This document shows positions 59,333-64,000 of a DNA stretch of 64,000 bases, in pieces. The notes below the pieces were generated by a model. It saw only the letters and a program-made list of their open reading frames with translations, was not told where the DNA came from and ran no database searches. The translations under genes and the position numbers were made by a program. This DNA is from a virus (taxonomy: Duplodnaviria; Caudoviricetes), in IMG/VR virus record IMGVR_UViG_3300028805_000060, positions 80,871 through 144,870 of that record; one strand, 5' to 3'. Within the stretch, counting starts at the first letter, position 1; each line of letters begins with the position of its first letter.

Positions 59333-61246
59333 TTATTTTTTGAACGGAGAAGATCCTTTAAATGGAGAATCTCATTTTGTAGATCTATCTGCTGGTTTAT
59401 GCAATGCTTTCAACCAAGATTCTGATGCAGGATCCTGCTTTCTGTTATTTTTGTTCCAAAAAACAGTATAATCTATTTCAGTTTGTTCTCCAAGAACTTC
59501 ATCAGTTCTAATTTGATAAAGCCATCAGATAGCAAGATACATAACATATGCACGGTCATCCTTGCATTTATTTCTTTTTTCAACAGGAAGTTGATATGTT
59601 ACACCTCCAGAAGGAGTTTTTAATCTTACCATTGAAGCGGCTTCTTCTTTCATTAAATCCATTTGAATTAACGAATTTAATTTAAGTTTTTCTAATTTAT
59701 AATTTGTCCCATCGTCTAAAACAAGGACATCATTCTTTGGACATTGTGGAGGAAATTTTACACATCCTAGTGGAACTAAAGCTTTACCTGCTTCAAATAA
59801 AGCATTTCTATATTTTCTTGGCTCTACTATTAATAGAGATCCAGGAACTGCATGAGGAAAAGCTTCTGCTCAGACTTTCATGAATTCATTGTTTTCATCA
59901 TATAAGCCAGGGTGTTTAATTCCTTTATCGTCTGTCCAATCTTTACATAGTTCTTGACACAGAGCTGGGGCTTGACCACCAGCACCTCCATCAATTAAAA
60001 CTTTTACATGCTCATATGGAGCAACAGAATCTCTTCCATTAAATTCATAAATAAGTTGTCTTAACCTAGTTACTTGTTCATCAAGTCTCATAGGTCTCTT
60101 AGAACCATCTCCATAAGTAATGACTAGGTTTTCCATATGAATAAATCTGCCACATCATTCATGGGTGTTATCATCTTTAAAAAGCTCCGTTATTAAAACA
60201 GGAGAGTTATCGTTTTTAGATGCAGGGTCATAAGAAATGATATACTTATGTTTTTTATGAAGATAAGGAATAAAATTCTCTGTATTCGCAAAAATATCAG
60301 AACGAGTAATTATAGCATCTTCAATATCAAAATGGTCAAAGATATTATAATATTCTCTCATTCCCATTATTTCATTTTCACGCATTTTTCTATTAATTTC
60401 ATCTTGCGTTAATAATGGAGTCATTGCCTTTCCATTCATCGTTGGATGTAATGGAATTTCACAGTTTAAATCTGCAACAAAATACTTATTGTTACCAGCA
60501 AGCATTTGTTTACAACCCTCTTTATATTTGCTATAAAAATACGAATTTGTATCGGTAGCAGATCCAATATATAATCTTAAATTAGGGATTTCTTGAGGAT
60601 AAACTTCTGAATCGAAATTTGATCCAACCTTGAATGAAGAACTCTGTGTAGCAAACGGTTCTGATAAATCAAATAACTCTTTTGGAATAATTCCACTTTC
60701 ATCATAAACAAGCATGTTTGAACGCTTACCTACGATTGTTTTTACTCCACCGACAACCGCAGTCACAGATGATCCATTTAACATTTTAAAAACATATCCC
60801 TTTTTTTGGTCATGTGTAAAGCCATCTGAATCAGCTTTTGATTTTTCAATTTCATCAATTATAACAGTGTTAGTTCTTATAAGTGACTTAACATTGTTTT
60901 TTGCTATATTTTCACCTGTTGTAAAGGTCTCCATTGATTGTCTAGATACTGCACTTAAAATATGAATTTGAGATTTTGGAAACAAGAGTGCTCTAGCCTG
61001 AATTAAAACATTCGCTAAGAATGATTTACCAGAGTTTCTTGAACATACTCAAACTGCATATTCAGATCTTCAAGTATTCGCAATTAATCATTTTTGATAA
61101 TCCATAAGAGGTATTTGTAAAATCTGCTCAATAAATTGCACAGGATTTTGTCTTCCTCATTGAATTAATTTGATATATTTTTTCATAGATTCATAATCAC
61201 GAATAGTTACATTATTTTCAGGTAATCTATTGTATACACTTAACAT
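59333..61246 (-). CDS. terL: Terminase large subunit (637 aa, TGA=Trp)
   Basis: IQ-W(TGA)-GRQNP, Walker A SRNSGKS, GKRSNMLVYDESG, GSA, YDPA, IDGGAGG, KDDRAY. Confidence 0.92.
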
Positions 61247-61286
61247 GATTACTCCTCCTTTTACTTCTTATTAAAAACAAGTTCTA

Positions 61287-62351
61287 TTATTTTTCGAGAG
61301 TATACATATGAATTTCTCTGCTGATAAATTCTTTGATATCCTCTTCAGAAATACCTTTGTTTCTATAGTCTCTCTCTAGTTCTTCAAGTAATTCTTGTTT
61401 TGTTATTTTTTCTTTAGCAAGCCTTAAAGCTTCTGTTGCTTCTCTTGCTTTTTCTTGAGCCTCTTTCACAAGTGTTGCTTGATCTGATAAAATATCAGCA
61501 TAATCTGTTTTAGATAAACTAACTTGATTTAACATTGCTTTCCAACTAATATTAGCAACATCTTCGATAGATTTAGAAGTGGCTATATCATAAAAATTAG
61601 TTATTCCTAAATCAACACCTTTTTCTTCAATTTGATTCATGACATCTGACAACATACCTCGTCCGTTAGATCCAATACCTTTAACCGTAAAGTTATTTTT
61701 TTCAGCTGTTACATTTATTGAGTCTTGAATCGTTTTTGAAATCTTCATTAATGAATCTAATTGCTTTTGAACTTCTTCTCCGATGTCCCCTGCCTTCGTT
61801 AATTCATTCATCTTTTTCTGATATTTTTCCAAATTATTATAGTTACGAACAATTGCAAGGGCTGCCTTAGCTTTAGCAACATCTTTACGCATATTTTCTG
61901 TTAACATTCCTGCTAAATCGCGATATAATTGAGGTTTATCTGCTGGATCTTCATCTTTAAAAGGATCGTAAGATAAAATATCTATAACAGCCATTCTATT
62001 CTTTCGATCTTCTTCATTTAATCCTTTTAAATTTAACTCTTCTTTATAAACTTTTTCAAAATTCTCTTTTTTTAATTGACTAAAAAATGTTAAATCTTTA
62101 TAATTAGGATTATTATTAATTGTGTCAATATATATTTGAGAACGATTTGTAGAATCAACATATTTTTGAGATTGTGCTAATGTTTTAGCAATATCTGAAC
62201 TATAAGGTATATTATGTCTAAAACAATATTCAAATAAAGTTTCTTCTATATCTCCTTCATGTTCAACGAAAAGACTATTAAATTCACTATCTTCAGGCTC
62301 TTGGTCTACTAAAGAATCATCGATTAAATTTTTATCTTGTTCTTTTTCCAT
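61287..62351 (-). CDS. Putative terminase small subunit
   Basis: Helical protein immediately upstream of TerL; YDPF, NFYDI. Confidence 0.5.
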   Translation of the reverse strand: MEKEQDKNLIDDSLVDQEPEDSEFNSLFVEHEGDIEETLFEYCFRHNIPYSSDIAKTLAQSQKYVDSTNRSQIYIDTINNNPNYKDLTFFSQLKKENFEKVYKEELNLKGLNEEDRKNRMAVIDILSYDPFKDEDPADKPQLYRDLAGMLTENMRKDVAKAKAALAIVRNYNNLEKYQKKMNELTKAGDIGEEVQKQLDSLMKISKTIQDSINVTAEKNNFTVKGIGSNGRGMLSDVMNQIEEKGVDLGITNFYDIATSKSIEDVANISWKAMLNQVSLSKTDYADILSDQATLVKEAQEKAREATEALRLAKEKITKQELLEELERDYRNKGISEEDIKEFISREIHMYTLEK

Positions 62352-62389
62352 TCCTTTTCACCTCAATATAATAAAAAAAGCGTTTTAAA

Positions 62390-62530
62390 GTGCGCCACCA
62401 CGAATTGGACAGGTTTAGAGTCTCTGACCCGACATATTGGGTGGTCTTTTCTCGTCTTCCATCCCTTTTGACATGCAGGGTTTGTCCCTGCGCTCGGTGG
62501 ACCAGGGTCTCTCGACCAGCCCAAATGAAG
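62390..62530 (-). ncRNA. Candidate structured RNA or DNA element
   Basis: About 54% GC (65/120 in 62401-62520) with several hairpins, including GGTC-GAGA-GACC and GCAGGG-ACAAA-CCCTGC. Confidence 0.4.
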
Positions 62531-62533
62531 CAT

Positions 62534-62560
62534 AAAAACAAACGCTCTTAAAGAGCGCTG
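62534..62560 (-). terminator. Intrinsic terminator CAGCGCTCTT-T-AAGAGCGTTTGTTTTT
   Basis: Hairpin plus U-rich tail right after the stop codon. Confidence 0.55.
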
Positions 62561-62567
62561 TTAATTC

Positions 62568-63812
62568 TTATTCATAAATATTTAAATTTATATAATTTAC
62601 AGATAAATTCCCGTTGTGGAATATTAACAATGTTTGTTCAGCATCACCATATAATCTTAATGATTGAGCATAGTTATCTGATCCACAAATACTTGAATTT
62701 ACAAAAACTTTTGCCCCTTGGAAAGATTTCATTTTACTTTCATGCCAGTGCCCTACACAAACGTAATCACAAAATTGTCTTGTAGCACCTAAGATGCCTT
62801 GAATACAAGTATTTATTTTTTCTCTATGTCCATGAGCGAAAGCCATCATTTTCCCATTTAGTAAAGAGAATAATCCTAAATCAACATCTAAATTGTCATG
62901 TGTAAATTGAACTTTTGTATCTTTTAATCTTGCTTCAAGATAAAAGTCAATTAATCTAAAATAATTTTCTTTTTCAATGTTCTCTTTAAAGTTAGGAGTC
63001 ACACGAGAATGATTATCTGAACAAGATCTGTAGATTATTTCTGGAGCAGCTTCTTGTAATTCATTTAAAGCATCTGCTAATATTTCAGAAGCAATCATAA
63101 TTTGTGAAACTAAATCTTCACTATCTTCAATTCTAGAAGTAACTCTTAATTGTCCGTCAATCATATCTCCTAAATTTAGAACATTAAGACGTTGAATATT
63201 ATTTTTCTTACACAATTCAATTGTGTCATGAACATACTTTTTAACTCTTTTTCTAGCTATTTCAGTATTATATTTGTTATAGAAGTTGTTAATTTCCATT
63301 CCTATATGTAAATCTGATAATAACATTACAGCTTCATTATTTTCTTCTGAATCTATGCCAGTATATTCAATCGAAGGTAAATCTTTTAATTCCTTGACTC
63401 CTTCTTTGATTAAATCATTAAGAACTTCAACTCTTGCATCATCTCTTAAACTACGACGATAACTGTTCATTACATCTCTTGTTTTAACTTGTTGTTTATA
63501 AAGTTCTCTTTTGATTTCTTCTGTTTTTTCTTCAAATTCAGGAAAACTAATATCATCAATTGTTTGATCTGATAAAAGCTTAACATTAGAAGTTATTGTT
63601 CCATCTGCATATTGTTTGCCTTTAATCCAACTTCTAAATTGTTCTCCTGTTTTATCAACACCAAGAATTTTTACTAATTCATCCCATCTTTTTTGAGATG
63701 TAGGTAATTCTTTATATTTGCAGCCGATTTGATATAACTCTTCATCTGTAAAGTCTCCTGCATCTTTACCAAATTTATCAAGAAAATTATTAAATTCTTC
63801 TTTTGTCGTCAT
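62568..63812 (-). CDS. Calcineurin-like metallophosphoesterase with N-terminal coiled coil
   Basis: LSDLHIG, LGDMIDG, DNHSR, AHGH, GHWH. Confidence 0.85.
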   Translation of the reverse strand: MTTKEEFNNFLDKFGKDAGDFTDEELYQIGCKYKELPTSQKRWDELVKILGVDKTGEQFRSWIKGKQYADGTITSNVKLLSDQTIDDISFPEFEEKTEEIKRELYKQQVKTRDVMNSYRRSLRDDARVEVLNDLIKEGVKELKDLPSIEYTGIDSEENNEAVMLLSDLHIGMEINNFYNKYNTEIARKRVKKYVHDTIELCKKNNIQRLNVLNLGDMIDGQLRVTSRIEDSEDLVSQIMIASEILADALNELQEAAPEIIYRSCSDNHSRVTPNFKENIEKENYFRLIDFYLEARLKDTKVQFTHDNLDVDLGLFSLLNGKMMAFAHGHREKINTCIQGILGATRQFCDYVCVGHWHESKMKSFQGAKVFVNSSICGSDNYAQSLRLYGDAEQTLLIFHNGNLSVNYINLNIYE

Positions 63813-63896
63813 AAGATCTCCTTTTATCTTCCTGACCTCTCGTTTCTATGAATGAAAGGCCTTTTTTATTTGCTTTTTCTCTTCCTCTTTCATTAA

Positions 63897-64000
63897 TTAA
63901 CACTTGTCCTTTTCCTGTCCACATCCTTCATTTTTAGCTCTTCTTTGCCTTTCTTTTAGAGTTTTATACTCTCTTCTTTGCAAAATATAGCAGTTTGGAC
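63897..64000 (-). CDS. 3' end of a gene with a C-terminal Zn-ribbon half site (partial)
   Basis: CPNCYILQRREYKTLKERQRRAK...KC then TAA. Confidence 0.5.
   Translation of the reverse strand, partial: PNCYILQRREYKTLKERQRRAKNEGCGQEKDKC

Noticed and set aside
4538-60965. All plus-strand ORFs in the track (e.g. 12674-13165, 45134-45877, 51671-52045)
   Set aside because: Antisense shadows of minus-strand genes, with no convincing RBS or motifs.
1-61246. Decayed prophage with many pseudogenes
   Set aside because: The breaks are TGA at Trp positions in a constant frame; apart from the two introns and one possible fibre frameshift, I found no random TAA/TAG or indels.
39530-61246. Inteins or introns in nrdD and terL
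   Set aside because: Both are continuous, of normal length, and lack splice motifs.
62332-62541. 69-aa ORF upstream of TerS
   Set aside because: No RBS, atypical composition, and it starts inside a terminator; better explained as a structured non-coding element.
1-64000. TGA as Gly (table 25) or selenocysteine
   Set aside because: Paired repeats have TGG opposite TGA, and the conserved motifs require Trp.
1-64000. tRNA genes (including a UCA suppressor), rRNA and CRISPR arrays
   Set aside because: No cloverleaf with a T-loop consensus and no regularly spaced repeats seen by eye; a suppressor tRNA may lie outside the window.

Overview
The whole window is one minus-strand, AT-rich (about 30% GC) segment of a large tailed phage. 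It reads phosphoesterase, TerS, TerL, portal, protease/scaffold, decoration protein, major capsid, head-tail and tail genes, in an order resembling SPbeta-like Bacillota siphoviruses. The supplied ORF track looks fragmented because the phage reads TGA as Trp (translation table 4). Consecutive fragments share a frame, TGA falls on conserved Trp positions, and every gene I traced ends in TAA or TAG. After recoding and removal of two group I introns (315 nt, and 1329 nt with a homing endonuclease), 18060-4939 becomes a single 3825-aa protein. Its N-terminal part carries the ordered beta and beta' signature motifs of a two-barrel RNA polymerase, including an intact DxDGD (NADVDGD). A RecB-type PD-(D/E)XK nuclease follows, and then a TP901-type tape-measure domain. 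This candidate RNA polymerase and nuclease delivered on the tape measure is the main finding. The window also holds nrdD/nrdG/glutaredoxin, a tyrosine recombinase, a RuvC-like resolvase, a holin with no recognisable endolysin, a large tail-fibre cluster, a host-like SipW-signal protein with its own promoter, a kinase-phosphatase-RNA ligase repair enzyme and several structured intergenic elements. All protein assignments are from motif recognition by eye; no searches were run.
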